Source: Eledone cirrhosa (Eukaryota). From it: 64,000 nt of DNA. Made by a program: the position numbers and the translations under genes. The DNA lies in the NCBI GenBank assembly GCA_964016885.1, contig OZ024749.1, forward strand, positions 39,246,001 to 39,310,000, written 5' to 3'. Each line of letters begins with the position of its first letter. Positions within the stretch are counted from its first letter, which is position 1. Below the pieces are notes generated by a model, which made no database searches, was not told the origin of the DNA, and was given only the letters and a program-made list of their open reading frames with translations. Shown piece after piece: positions 24,872-36,670 of the stretch.

Positions 24872-26449
24872 TATGCATATACATATATGCATACACCTGC
24901 ATGCTGTCAGTTTCTACAATGAGCGTTCCAACTGCTCAATCAGTGAAACAGCCTGGTGATGAAATTAATGTGTAAGTAACTGAGCATTCCTCAGGCATGT
25001 GTTCTCTTAACATAATTCTGAGGGAGATTCAGCATCACATGTTAATAGTACAGTCCATTCAATAGGCTTCCATATAGTTTCTGCCTACCAAATTCCACTC
25101 ATAAAGCATGAATTGACCTGAGGCTATAATAAAAGATGTCATTTAGTGAGATTGAACCAAGGACCCAAGGATTGCATAGTGAACCTTTTGACTCTGATGT
25201 TTCAATGAACATTCCGGAAATTTTCATCATCCACACATCAAGTGAATTTCAATGATTTACATAATTCTATTAAAATATATTTTTGTATTTTTAAAAATTT
25301 CATTTACAATTTTGGTCGCTCTCTGACAGGTTTGCAGTCACGCCCGTAGCAGTGTCCTTGGTCCAAGGACCACCTCCCTACTCACCACCATCAGCACAGA
25401 GTTGGCTACCCGTATGTGTAAGCCTCACAAGCTGGAATGGCTCTTCCAATGCATCTCCCTCACCATTCTCTGCGAAAAAGCTGTCTCTCTTCTGTCTGCC
25501 GGGGTCGCAGGTTGGCCAGTGCGTGGGCCCCCATTTCCTTAAAATAGTGAGAGATGGGGAGAGCGAGCGAGATGGGGGCAGTGACTATACCAAAAGTTAA
25601 CTGATTTTATGTTATTTGGGGATTTGATTTTGCCCTTCACTTATTACTGTTATCCCTAAATATATTCACAAGAACTCATACAGAGCTTATTGAAACCCTA
25701 AAAACTGTTGTGTATTTAGTCACTGAATGGTTTTTACCATTCAATATAGAATAGAATAGACTTCAAAAGTAAAATGTTGCTTACTTAGTCCCAAATATTA
25801 CATAAGTCAAGTCTATCTTTTGTTAAAAAAATGGAACGTGACAGAATGCATAGTCATAGAAATTTAATGTTTGCTTTTAGTTAACGGGGTCGAGTATCTC
25901 TCCAAACAAAATAATAGTTGAAATACATTGCAACTACTAATCTATTAAATTAACAAAGAAGTAGTTTCTGTGGGAGTGCTCTCTGTGAATGAAGAAAATG
26001 TCAGTTAAAAGAATCTTTTCAAAATTAGGGTAACCTCACTCCAAAATTATTATAAAGGAAGTGTATTATTCTTATTGAATTCTATAATATAATAGCTAAT
26101 GGTACTTAACGTTTAACATTCTGCAATGATTTCCCAAAAAATGTACTTATACATGCACCTTTGATGAGTTGTAGTGTGCCTGAGCACTGTACACAATAAT
26201 TTTCATTATTATTATTTAAAATTTCTAAGAATGGGTTTTAATATATTTATTAGTTAGCACATTGTTGTGAACATTTGCAGTATTAGAGTAAACTTTAACT
26301 TTTAATGTAATTCAGTCATAGTGCTATTTTGTACTTTTCAAGAATGTCTTGCTAATGTGGTTTCATGTGGTACAGGACATTGAGTAAGTATATATTTTTT
26401 AAATTCATAAAATAAAGAATTAGAAATATAACAAATAACTTTATTACAT

Positions 26450-27231
26450 ACTAGCAGTAAAGCCCGGCGTTGCTCGGGGTCGCTCAGTAGCTGTGTTAAA
26501 GTTACAATGTTAAGTTTCTTTTTTGGCTTAAAAACTGTAGTGTCTACTGTGCAGACTTGCATGTGGTGTTTTTGATTAATATTCCCTCAACCAACAATAT
26601 GCCTTATGAAGTTAAGAAAACATAACGATAACCCGAATGTTATAACAAAAGAGGATGCTGGGGATAAAAACTGCACTGGTTATTTATTAACAAAGATCGA
26701 AAATGTAAACACTGCAACGCAGAGAAAAACATTAGCGTAACCAAATTATCAGTTATGTCTGTCTGCACGCCTATATCACCTCTCTGCACGACTGTCTGTC
26801 TGCACGCCTGAAATATTTGCTTGTTTTACGTAGTCTTTAAATAGACTTGTTTTCAAGTAAAAATATTGTTTTAAAATGCTTTTAAATGGAAATGAAGCAA
26901 AACGGAAGCTTAGTGTTCGAACTGATGAATTTTGCAGGTCAATATTTTGCTGGCTCGAACGCTGAGAAAGCCAGCGTAATTTTTTACGTAAGACGCTCAA
27001 TGTAAACAGAACAAAGGGAAATAACTGATAACTTACGCTCAAAAATCGATACATTATATTCGATTTCGTCACATAGGGTGGGTCAATTTGAAATTTTTTT
27101 TTTCCGATGTCTTCGCTAGGGCTCAATGTACAAGTCTAGCAATTTCGGTGCAATTCCGTGAGAGATTCTAAGAGGAGATGTGTGCCAAAAATCGATAGAC
27201 AGACAGACAACCACAGTTTTATATATATAGA
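26450..27231 (+). mobile_element. Helitron/Helentron-associated (DINE-1/HINE-like) non-autonomous element
   Basis: Starts ACTAGcagtaaagcccggcgttgctcggg, ends (gaca)n..ttttatatatatagat. Related copies at ~51036-51566 (-) and from 63602 (+). Confidence 0.6.
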
Positions 27232-27409
27232 TGAGCAACAATCAGTACAAGTGTGCATGTGGAGTGGTTGATGTAGCGGGTGTCACTGAGTGTTCTCTTA
27301 GGAAATGCTTTCATGATTTTGTCCGTGGGGTACAGGTGAGATATAACCCGTCCCAGTTGGGGTGTAACATCTGCCACTTCCTGTACTCTCTCCTCACTTT
27401 CATTATTTA

Positions 27410-28307
27410 AATCCCGCCGAGGTTAACTTTGCCTTTCATCCTTACGGGTCGATAAAATAAAGTACCAGTAATACACTGTGTAATTGCTGGCCTTGTGTCA
27501 AAAGTAGAAACAATTATTTATAAGGGCGGTGGATTGGCAGTATCGGTAGAGGTGCGGACACCATGCTTTGCAGCAAAGAGTTATGGCCCTTTATGGTCTG
27601 AGTACAAATCACGCCGAAGTTAACTTTTGGCTTTCATCCTTACAGGGTCGATAAAATAAAGTACCAGTAATACACTGTGTAATTGCTGGCCTTGTGTCAA
27701 AAGTAGAAACAATTATTTATAAGGGCGGTGGATTGGCAGTATCGGTAGAGGTGCGGACACCATGCTTTGCAGCAAAGAGTTATGGCCCTTTATGGTCTGA
27801 GTACAAATCACGCCGAGGTTAACTTTTGGCTTTCATCCTTACAGGGTCGATAAAATAAAGTACCAGTAATACACTGTGTAATTGCTGGCCTTGTGTCAAA
27901 AGTAGAAACAATTATTTATAAGGGCGGTGGATTGGCAGTATCGGTAGAGGTGCGGACACCATGCTTTGCAGCAAAGAGTTATGGCCCTTTATGGTCTGAG
28001 TACAAATCACGCCGAGGTTAACTTTTGGCTTTCATCCTTACAGGGTCGATAAAATAAAGTACCAGTAATACACTGTGTAATTGCTGGCCTTGTGTCAAAA
28101 GTAGAAACAATTATTTATAAGGGCGGTGGATTGGCAGTATCGGTAGAGGTGCGGACACCATGCTTTGCAGCAAAGAGTTATGGCCCTTTATGGTCTGAGT
28201 ACAAATCACGCCGAGGTTAACTTTTGGCTTTCATCCTTACAGGGTCGATAAAATAAAGTACCACTGAGATAATTGCTGGCCTTGTGCCAAAAGTAGAAAT
28301 AATTATT
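27410..28307 (+). repeat. Head-to-tail array of SINE family A, 199-bp period (4 full + 1 half copy)
   Basis: gggcggtggattggcag starts at 27524, 27723, 27922 and 28121. Confidence 0.92.
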
Positions 28308-28566
28308 TATATTATTGCAAACATTATATAATTTATAATAACTGAATTTTAAAACGTCAGGACAGTTGAAATCTTATTTTATTAATAATTCTTTTTAGGA
28401 GTTTCTATTTCCTCTTCTACTTTGCTACTTGTTTTGTTGTTTATAAGCATTGTTTAACTAAGTATTGTGTGTGATTGCAAGATATAATATATATATATAT
28501 ATATATATAAATTAATAAAAACAATGAATAAAAACAAAGAAACAGTTCCTTATATTAAAAAATTCA

Positions 28567-28693
28567 TCATTTTACGATCGTTTCTAGGATATATATGTGT
28601 GTGTTGGTATGTATATCATATAGATCTATGTAAAAATTTTACAAACTATCAGAGGGAATATACATACCTACACATATATATGCTGTCTTCAGA

Positions 28694-28698
<5 letters not shown>
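28567..28698 (-). ncRNA. Type I hammerhead motif with long helix II
   Basis: Minus strand: ttattt-CTGAAGA-cagc-atatatatgtgt..acacatatatat-ccta-GAAA-c-gatc-g-TA^-aaatga; palindromic helix III CGATCG, GUA triplet. Confidence 0.68.
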
Positions 28699-28769
<71 letters not shown>

Positions 28770-28896
28770 AAAATAGACGAAATCGAAAATGCAACCACAG
28801 ACCCTCCATCTCAACTCTACTTTTGAAAAGCAGAAGGAGTGCGAAACCGGTAAAGGAACCACATAAATATATATATATTTTTAAAAATATATATAT

Positions 28897-29933
28897 ATTT
28901 ATGGGGTCCGTTTTTTATTTGGGTGCACCGTTTTTTTATGGGGGGGCCGTTTTTTATTTGGGTACCCCGTTTTTTATTTGGGTGCCCCGTTTTTTATTTG
29001 GGTGCCCCGTTCTTTTATGGGGGGTTCCGTTTTTTATTTGGGTGCCCCGTTTTTTTATGGCGGGGTCCGTTTTTTATTTGGGTGCCCCGTTTTTTATTTG
29101 GGTGCCCCGTTTTTTTATGGGGGGAGGTCCGTTTTTTATTTGGGTGCCCCGTTTTTTATTTGGGTACCCCGTTTTTTATTTGGGTGCCCCGTTTTTTTAT
29201 GGGGGGGTCCGTTTTTTATTTGGGTGTCCCGTTTTTTTATGGGGAGGGTCCGTTTTTTATTTGGGTGCCCCGTTTTTTATGGGGGGGTCCGTTTTTTATT
29301 TGGGTACCCCGTTTTTTATTTGGGTGCCCCGTTTTTTTATGGGTGGGTCCGTTTTTTATTTGGGTGACCCGTTTCTTTATGGGGGGGTCCGTTTTTTATT
29401 TGGGTGCCCCGTTTTTTTATGGGGGGGGGTCCGTTTTTTATTTGGGTGCACCGTTTTTTTATGGGGGGCGCCGTTTTTTATTTGGGTACCCCGTTTTTTA
29501 TTTGGGTGCCCCTTTTTTTATTTGGGTGCCCCGTTTTTTTATGGGGGGGGTTCCGTTTTTTATTTGGGTGCCCCGTTTTTTATGGGGGGGTCCGTTTTTT
29601 ATTTGGGTACCCCGTTTTTTATTTGGGTGCCTCGTTTTTTTATGGAGGGGGTCCGTTTTTTATTTGGGTGCCCCGTTTTTTTATGGGGGGGCCGTTTTTT
29701 ATTTGGGTGCCCCGTTTTTTTATGGGGAGGGTCCGTTTTTTATTTTGGTGCCCCGTTTTTTATTTGGGTGCCCCGTTTTTTTATGGGGGGGGGGGGTCCG
29801 TTTTTTATTTGGGTGCCCCGTTTTTTTATGGGGGTGGTCCGTTTTTTATTTGGGTACCCCGTTTTTTATTTGGGTGCCCCGTTTTTTTATGGGGGGGGGG
29901 GGTCCGTTTTTTATTTGGGTGCCCCGTTTTTAT
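28897..29933. repeat. ~20/21-bp two-variant minisatellite (cgttttttatttgggtgccc / cgtttttttatgggggggtc)
   Basis: About 50 units; the overlapping ORFs are repeat artefacts. Confidence 0.92.
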
Positions 29934-29954
29934 AGTTTCCATTTGTTTAATATC

Positions 29955-29995
<41 letters not shown>

Positions 29996-30080
29996 TAAAC
30001 AAATAATGAATAAAACAATGAAACAGTTCCTTATATTAAACAAAAAAAGTTAACTACCGTAAACTCTTGGTAGATTTATC

Positions 30081-30126
<46 letters not shown>

Positions 30127-30132
<6 letters not shown>

Positions 30133-30453
30133 GAGCAGAAGATGGTTAAAAGAGTTCCAAGTATTTTATTATACGCATTTCAAAAACAAATATCATCATG
30201 GGATGATATCTGCGTTCTCATCAGATAAAATAGGGAAACCTGATATGAAGCTTAAAAAACATCTGTGAGCCGTGAAGTTGATTTAAATATGTTGATTTAA
30301 AACTTCACTGCTCGCAAGTGTTTTTTAAGCTTCATATCATGTTTCCCTATTTTATCTGATGAGAACGCAGATATCATCCCATGATGATATTTGTTTTTGA
30401 AATGCGCATAATAAAATACTTGGAACTCTTTTAACCATCTTCTGATCTTATAT
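30127..30453. mobile_element. Penelope-like inverted terminal remnant with mirrored hammerheads
   Basis: Arms of ~150 bp between (TA)n tracts; 3' tail contains tactcca..gagtgct..atatc as at ~12840-12870 (-). Confidence 0.7.
30348..30418 (+). ncRNA. Minimal type I hammerhead ribozyme motif (mirror copy 30162-30232, -)
   Basis: tattttat-CTGATGA-gaacgcagatatcatc-ccat-gatgatatttgttttt-GAAA-t-gcgc-a-TA^-ataaaata; palindromic helix III TGCGCA. Confidence 0.8.
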
Positions 30454-30539
30454 TATTTATACTCCAGTCCTACAAACTGTAGAGTGCTACATATCTGATA
30501 TTTGCATTGCTTTATCGTGCTACAATAAAACTTACCTCC

Positions 30540-30574
<35 letters not shown>

Positions 30575-30579
<5 letters not shown>

Positions 30580-30690
30580 AGTAAGTAAGACCCCGACGGC
30601 TGAGCTCAAGCCGTTTCGACGGCTAATTCTGTACAGAATTAGCCGTCGAAACGGCTTGAGCTCAGTCGTCGGGGTCTTACTTACTCCTAT
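30575..30690. repeat. 116-bp near-perfect palindrome containing only the 3' half of a hammerhead in each arm
   Basis: Centre GTAC at 30631-30634; arm reads GAAA-cggct-tgagctc-agycg-TC-ggggtc. Related half copy at 42490-42520 (-). Confidence 0.75.
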
Positions 30691-30766
30691 TACCCACTCT
30701 ACTACCCTAAGTATTGAGTACTTTGGTGCGTTATGGTCCACCTGGTTCCTTACCACTTTTCCCTCG

Positions 30767-30809
<43 letters not shown>

Positions 30810-31450
30810 TTGATGCATGGTGTGGACGTGGATGTTTTCAAGAAACATCTTGACACCCTGCTATCCAGGATCCATTAGGCAAAGAAAATTACGCTTTGTT
30901 GGTCATTGCCTCAGAGCTGGGGGAAGCGTGCGGGGGGCAGGGGCACCCCAACCTTAAACACTAACCCATAAACCTAACCCTTACCTTAACACTACTCCTA
31001 AAACTAACCCTAACCCTCCCTACATTTGGCGTGAGATATCGTTAACTAAAAAAACGAATAATATAACACACGTAAAAAAAATGGTAAAGAAAACTCCGGT
31101 GGTGGAGTAAGTAAAGTCCGTGCCGCCCTCTGTCCCTGCGTTTTCCGGTGAAATAATTCCTTTGCAGTATGCTTCAGAGGACAGATTAGTTTACAAGACT
31201 TGATAAAAAAAATAAAAAAACAAGAACAAATAATCATTTCCAGCTGAAATCGAGAGGCGTGTGTTTCTATAATAGTACAATATATGTTGTTTTTTTTGTA
31301 ACAAACTCATAAACTCATTTTAAAAAGAGCGACTGCTTTATATTTCATCGAAAACTTACCGGAAGAATTGGCATCAATTTTTACAAGGAACTTCATGTTT
31401 ATTACACCGCTTATTAATACGTTGAAAGTTTATTACATTCATACCAGAAA

Positions 31451-32309
31451 ATGTCTCTCTGTTATTATTCAATTGTATATATTATTATATCGTTTTTGTA
31501 TTGCTTTTCAACTGTTTTAGCTAACCTGACATTTCCAAATCTTTTATTGGTTTCTTTTGATGGGTTTCGATGGGATTATTTGGCTCGTTCTAATGCTACT
31601 TTGAACAACTTTAAGTGGATTATCGAAAATGGCGTTTTTGCACGACGTGGTTTACAGAATGCCTTTATTACGAAGACATTTCCTAATCATATCACTTTAG
31701 TAACTGGCATGTTTGAAGAGAGTCATGGCATAGTTGGTAATAGAATGTATGATCCTCTTTACAACGAGACATTTACTGGTTCTCATGATCAATTAAGAGA
31801 TAGCAAGTGGATGGACGACGGTGGCGAACCTATATGGGTAACTAATCAAAAACAAAACACCCAGGCTAGAAGCGGGTGTGTTTACTGGGTAGGTGATAGT
31901 TCTAACATAAAAGGGTTTTTACCCTATAGGTATTTAGAATTTAATCCAAAACATTTGTTGAATTTTACTAGCAGAATAGACAAAATTATTGAGTGGTTCA
32001 CCGACCCTTTATATCCTATCAATTTAGGGCTGTTATATTTTGAAGAACCAGATAAAACTGGGCATAAATTTGGACCCGATTCACAGGAAATTACGAAAAA
32101 ATTAACTGCTCTTAACAACGATTTAGGCTATCTTCTTCAACGTTTAAACGAAACACGTTTGCTCCGTAAAACAAATATCATCATTACCAGTGACCATGGA
32201 ATGGCGTATACTCCACCAAATAAAATTATTAACTTGGACTTATACATCACGCCGTCTAAATATCAAATTTTCGAAGCCAATCCTATTGGCAATATCCTAC
32301 CTAACGAAG
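31451..32309 (+). CDS. ENPP4/ENPP5-like ectonucleotide pyrophosphatase/phosphodiesterase, exon 1
   Basis: Signal peptide; LLVSFDGFRWDY, TKTFPNH (catalytic Thr), EEPDKTGH, TSDHGM. Donor GTGAG, phase 1. Confidence 0.93.
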
Positions 32310-32323
32310 GTGAGAACTGATTT

Positions 32324-32392
<69 letters not shown>

Positions 32393-32413
32393 ACATATAT
32401 TCATACATATATT

Positions 32414-32444
<31 letters not shown>

Positions 32445-33403
32445 ACCATATATTGTTTATTATTTCATAGATCAATTTTATTGCAGTATTGTTTAGCCCC
32501 AGGTCAGCCCTCATTAAAAGTCCTAAGGACAAATAAATGATCACCCCGTCTCGTTTTCAGGAATAGAGTATCTAACACTAATTCAATATATCTTTTCATT
32601 TTAAGACAGTGGGGTGTTGTTTGTGAGTGTTTTGACTGCTATTTCTAGCACGTACAACGACCGCGTTGACTTCATTATGTTTACGTTGTCAAATGTTTTT
32701 TTGTTTTTTTCGATTTGTCCTCGTTGAAATGATTGATTTATATTTGAACGAGATCTTCAATAACGCCATCGAAATGTTTAGTTAGTTTCTTCCGCTTCCT
32801 GGAGTATCGGGCAATGAAAGATCTCCCTCAAATGCTGTCGCAACCCTCGTTACCCCCTCCCAAGGGCAGGCCTATGATTGCCAGGGACTCTGCAGTACTT
32901 AACCAGGCCTTAACAGGTTTGCTAAGTTGTCGCTACACCCCTCCAACTAGCTTCCACTTGAGAGAGGCTCTCATTAATCTCTTCACAAGCCTGCATAGCA
33001 GATGGCCGTATATCTTGTGCCTAGGTCACCCAAACCAGCCCATTCCATGTCTCTGCAAGCAGAAATCTCTGTCGACACAACAATTGGCAGGGTTTGGCAC
33101 CTTAGTTGATGAGGAAGTTAGGGTTTGGTGACTTCATTGATGGGGAAATTGTGGATTAGCACCTTGGTTGATGGGGAAGTTAAGGGTTTGGTACCCTGGT
33201 TGATGGGGTTTGGTGCATTGCCTGATGGGGCAGTTAGAGGTTTAGTGCCTTGAGTGATGGGGAAGTTAGTGGTTTAGTGCCTTGGTGGATGAGGAATTTG
33301 GACCATAAAGGCTTTGGACGCTGGTAGAGAGCTGCAGATTTGCTGAGTCTCTTCTTTACATCAGTTTCTGGAAGATTTACACATAGTCGACCCTGACTAT
33401 ACG

Positions 33404-34198
33404 GGCGATATCCAATTTTAGCTGCCTAAATGCCGCTTACTTGTTACAGTTGCTGCTTCAATGTATGAGGCTATTCCAACAAATTTACATTCCCCTTTTT
33501 TTTAGCCGTTAAAAGAAATATAGATTTTTTTTTTTTTTTTTTTTGCGATTTATTTGCCACTGGGGCATAGATTTCTTTATTTGCCCCTTTTTTGTTTGTT
33601 TGTTTGTTTGTTTTTTTACGATTTATTAGCCTTTTGGGGTCACACACACACCCGTAGAAAGTGTGCGACCTTTCTGCCAGGGAACACAGAGAGGGGGGGG
33701 GGGTACTCCCTTCTTCTCTTACCTGTACAAGCCGATATAGAGAGATGGCCCACTTACACGGGCCATTTATTGCTACTTTCACCCATCTTTCATGGAATTG
33801 GCTGGGACTGAGTGCCTTTTTCTCCACCCAGCCAATTCCATGAAAGATGGGTGAAAGTAGCAATAATGGCCCGTGTAAGTGGGCCATCTCTCTATATCGG
33901 CTTGTACAGGTAAGAGAAGAAGGGAGCACCCCCCCCCCCCCCACCCCCTCTCTCTGTGCTCCCTGGCAGAAAGGTCGCATACTTTCTACGGGGGTGTGTG
34001 TGACCCCAAAAGCTAATAAAACGCAAAAAAACAAACAAACAAAAAAGGGGCAAATAAAGAAATCTATGCCCCAGTGGCAAATAAATCGCAAAAAATCTAT
34101 TTCTTTTAACGGCTAAAAAAAGGGGGAATGTAAATTTATTGGAATAGCCTCATACATTGAAGTAAACGGCATTTAGGCAGCTAAAATTGGATATCGCC
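33404..34198. mobile_element. ~800-bp foldback/MITE-like inverted repeat in ENPP intron 1
   Basis: ggcgatatccaattttagctgcctaaatgccg.. mirrored by ..cggcatttaggcagctaaaattggatatcgcc; arms ~390 bp, loop near 33807-33826. Confidence 0.8.
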
Positions 34199-35065
34199 GA
34201 ATGATGTTACTGTCCAGTTATAAACTGGACCTTACCTTTACCACACCATTGTCAGTACTGTCCAGCTATAATCTGGACCTTACCTTCCTCACACCATTGT
34301 CAGTTATAAACTGGACCTTACCCCCCCCCCCTCATCATTATCAGTATTGTTACTGTCCAGCTTTAAACTGGACCGTACCTTCCTCACACCATTGTTGACA
34401 TTATTATCCATTGATAAACTGGTCCTTACTTTCCCCGTTGACGTCCTTATGACATACACCACCTCCAATCGAAACAAGAGAAGGAGCAGTAGATATTCTT
34501 GGAGCTCTCTTTTGACAATACTCAACTTCTCCCTCTTTCTATCTTTAATTCTGACAGCACAGATTTTTATGCAGTGGGCATGTAGTAGAATTGTTAATCA
34601 ACTATTACCTCACTTCCAGTGTGTATCACATATAGAATAGATGTACCATAGTCCTACATGTTGTACCACTACCTCGATTCCAGTTTCCAGTGTGTATTAT
34701 GTATAGTATGTGGATTGGCAGTATCGGTAGAGGGTCGGGAGCCATGCTTTGACGCATAGAGTTACGGCCCTTGCCATTCTGAGTTCAAATCCCGCCAAGG
34801 TTAACTTTGCCTTTCATCCTTACGGGGTCGATAAAATAAAGTACCAGTAATACACTGGGTAATTGCTGGCCTTGTGCCAAAAGTAGAAACAATTATGTAT
34901 AGTATAGGTGCACACTATATTGCTGCTTGTCATACCTCTATTTTGCTTCCAGTGTCTATTATGTATAGAATAGGGGCACCATATCCCTGCATGTTGTATG
35001 AAACAAGTAAAAGGTTTGGCATCACGAAGGGCATCCTGCTGTAAAACATTACCTCAGAATGTACC

Positions 35066-35115
<50 letters not shown>

Positions 35116-35250
35116 CATCCCAAGATGATAGGTAAAAGTTCTTAAAATATTTAATGCTTTACAATTATTTCAATACTCAAGAAATACAATGCCAGGACAA
35201 ACATAAAAAATGAAAAGAAAGAAAATCTATATATACTATATACTATATAT

Positions 35251-35597
35251 GGAGGCACATGGCTTAGTGGTTAGAGCATTGGCCTTGCAATCAAAAGGTT
35301 GTGAGTTCAATTCTCAGACCGGGTGATGTGTTGTTTCCTTGAGCAAGACACTTTATTTCACATTGCTCCAGTTTACTCAGCTGTAGAAATGAGATGATAG
35401 GGACTGGGGACCCTATCATTCCACTACAAAGTGGTCGTGGAGGTGCCACGGCAAAAAAGCACCCAGCACTCACTGTAAATGAGGTTGGTGTTAGGAAGGG
35501 CATCCAGCTGTAGAAATCAAGCCAGCATCAGTTCCCGTCCCACCCTTGCAAGCAGGGAAAAGTGGACGTAAAAATGAAATGATGATGATGATGATGA
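35251..35597 (+). mobile_element. SINE family B: tRNA-like head, CORE-like domain, RTE-derived 3' tail
   Basis: tggcttagtggtt..gagttcaattc..ccttgagcaagacacttta..cccacccttgcaagcagggaaaag.ggacgtaaaa(tga)n. Near-identical copy at 45599-45945; partial copies at ~43070, 45070, 50735(-), 52633, 62247. Confidence 0.85.
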
Positions 35598-35749
35598 CTG
35601 AACCTAGAAAATATCTGCAACACCCTAGCCAAACAAAGCTTTTTCCTACAGACCAGCAGACAGTGCTGCCTTTTCAATTGAGTCCCTCAAGGCTCAGTAC
35701 TCTCTCTCATGCTCCTCAACCTGTAAATCAGTGACAGACTTAAAACAAC

Positions 35750-36670
35750 ATCATGACAGTATGGTTATGCAGATGACTGCGTCCTTCTCCACTGATAAAG
35801 TCTGAACTAACATAAAGAGCATATTAACAGTAGGCCTGACACAACTGGTAACATATTTCAAGACCTGGAGATTGAAGCTGACCATTGCAAAGACAACTGC
35901 AACAGGATTCCACTTGAATACCATGGAGACCAATCACCAGCTCACCGTTAACCTCGATGGCACACCCCTTCCATATAACTCCACACTGAGACCTTCAGCT
36001 GGCATATAGGCAGCACCTCAAGTCCTTATGCGGACAGGTGTCCATGAGGATCAACCTTCTATGCTGCTTGACAAGCTCATCATGGGGACTGACACATCCA
36101 CCCTATGTACCAGCGCTGCAGTATACATGCCTCCTGTATGGTGCGGGAGCTCTCATACTAAGAAGCTAATTACAGTCCTGAAAAACACCTTAAAGCCCAT
36201 ACACCAACTGAATATCTACTTGTGTTCTCGGGCCTTGTTTTTACACCCCTTCGTTGTATCACACAGGTTGATAACGAAGGCCTCAATAGACCCAAATCAT
36301 CCATTCCAGCACATGGCTGAGGATTCTCAGCTACTAGACCAACATCACTTAATGTCCTGCTGCACTTTCTTTCATCATGCAACTAAACTGCAAAACTAAA
36401 ATTTCCACATGCTTCAGACGTGAATAGCTAGATGGCAACAAAAATCTCTACCAACACAACTGCATGTCAACCCTATTAGTCCTCCCACTAGGCATTAACC
36501 TCTCTCAGAGGGAGTCGGTGTCTTTGAATCAGCTAAAAACAGTTGTCGGCCCATTCAATGCAACCATGCACCGCTGGGGGGGTGCAACACTAAGCAGCTT
36601 GCCAGTGTGGCTCGCCAGAGCAGACTGAAAACATAGTGAATGAGTGGGTGCTCAGATCTCCAGTGCCTGG
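35750..36670 (+). mobile_element. Old, degraded LINE (Vingi/Ingi-like RT 3' region)
   Basis: YADDC..YFKTWRLKL..KTTATGFHLN..; later LNQLKT.VG.F...MHRWG..CQCG...QT; many stops. Confidence 0.55.

Noticed and set aside
28823-30006. Three-frame overlapping long ORFs
   Set aside because: Produced by a stop-free minisatellite.
30960-31020. Telomeric (TAACCC)n array
   Set aside because: Only a few degenerate units at an interstitial position.
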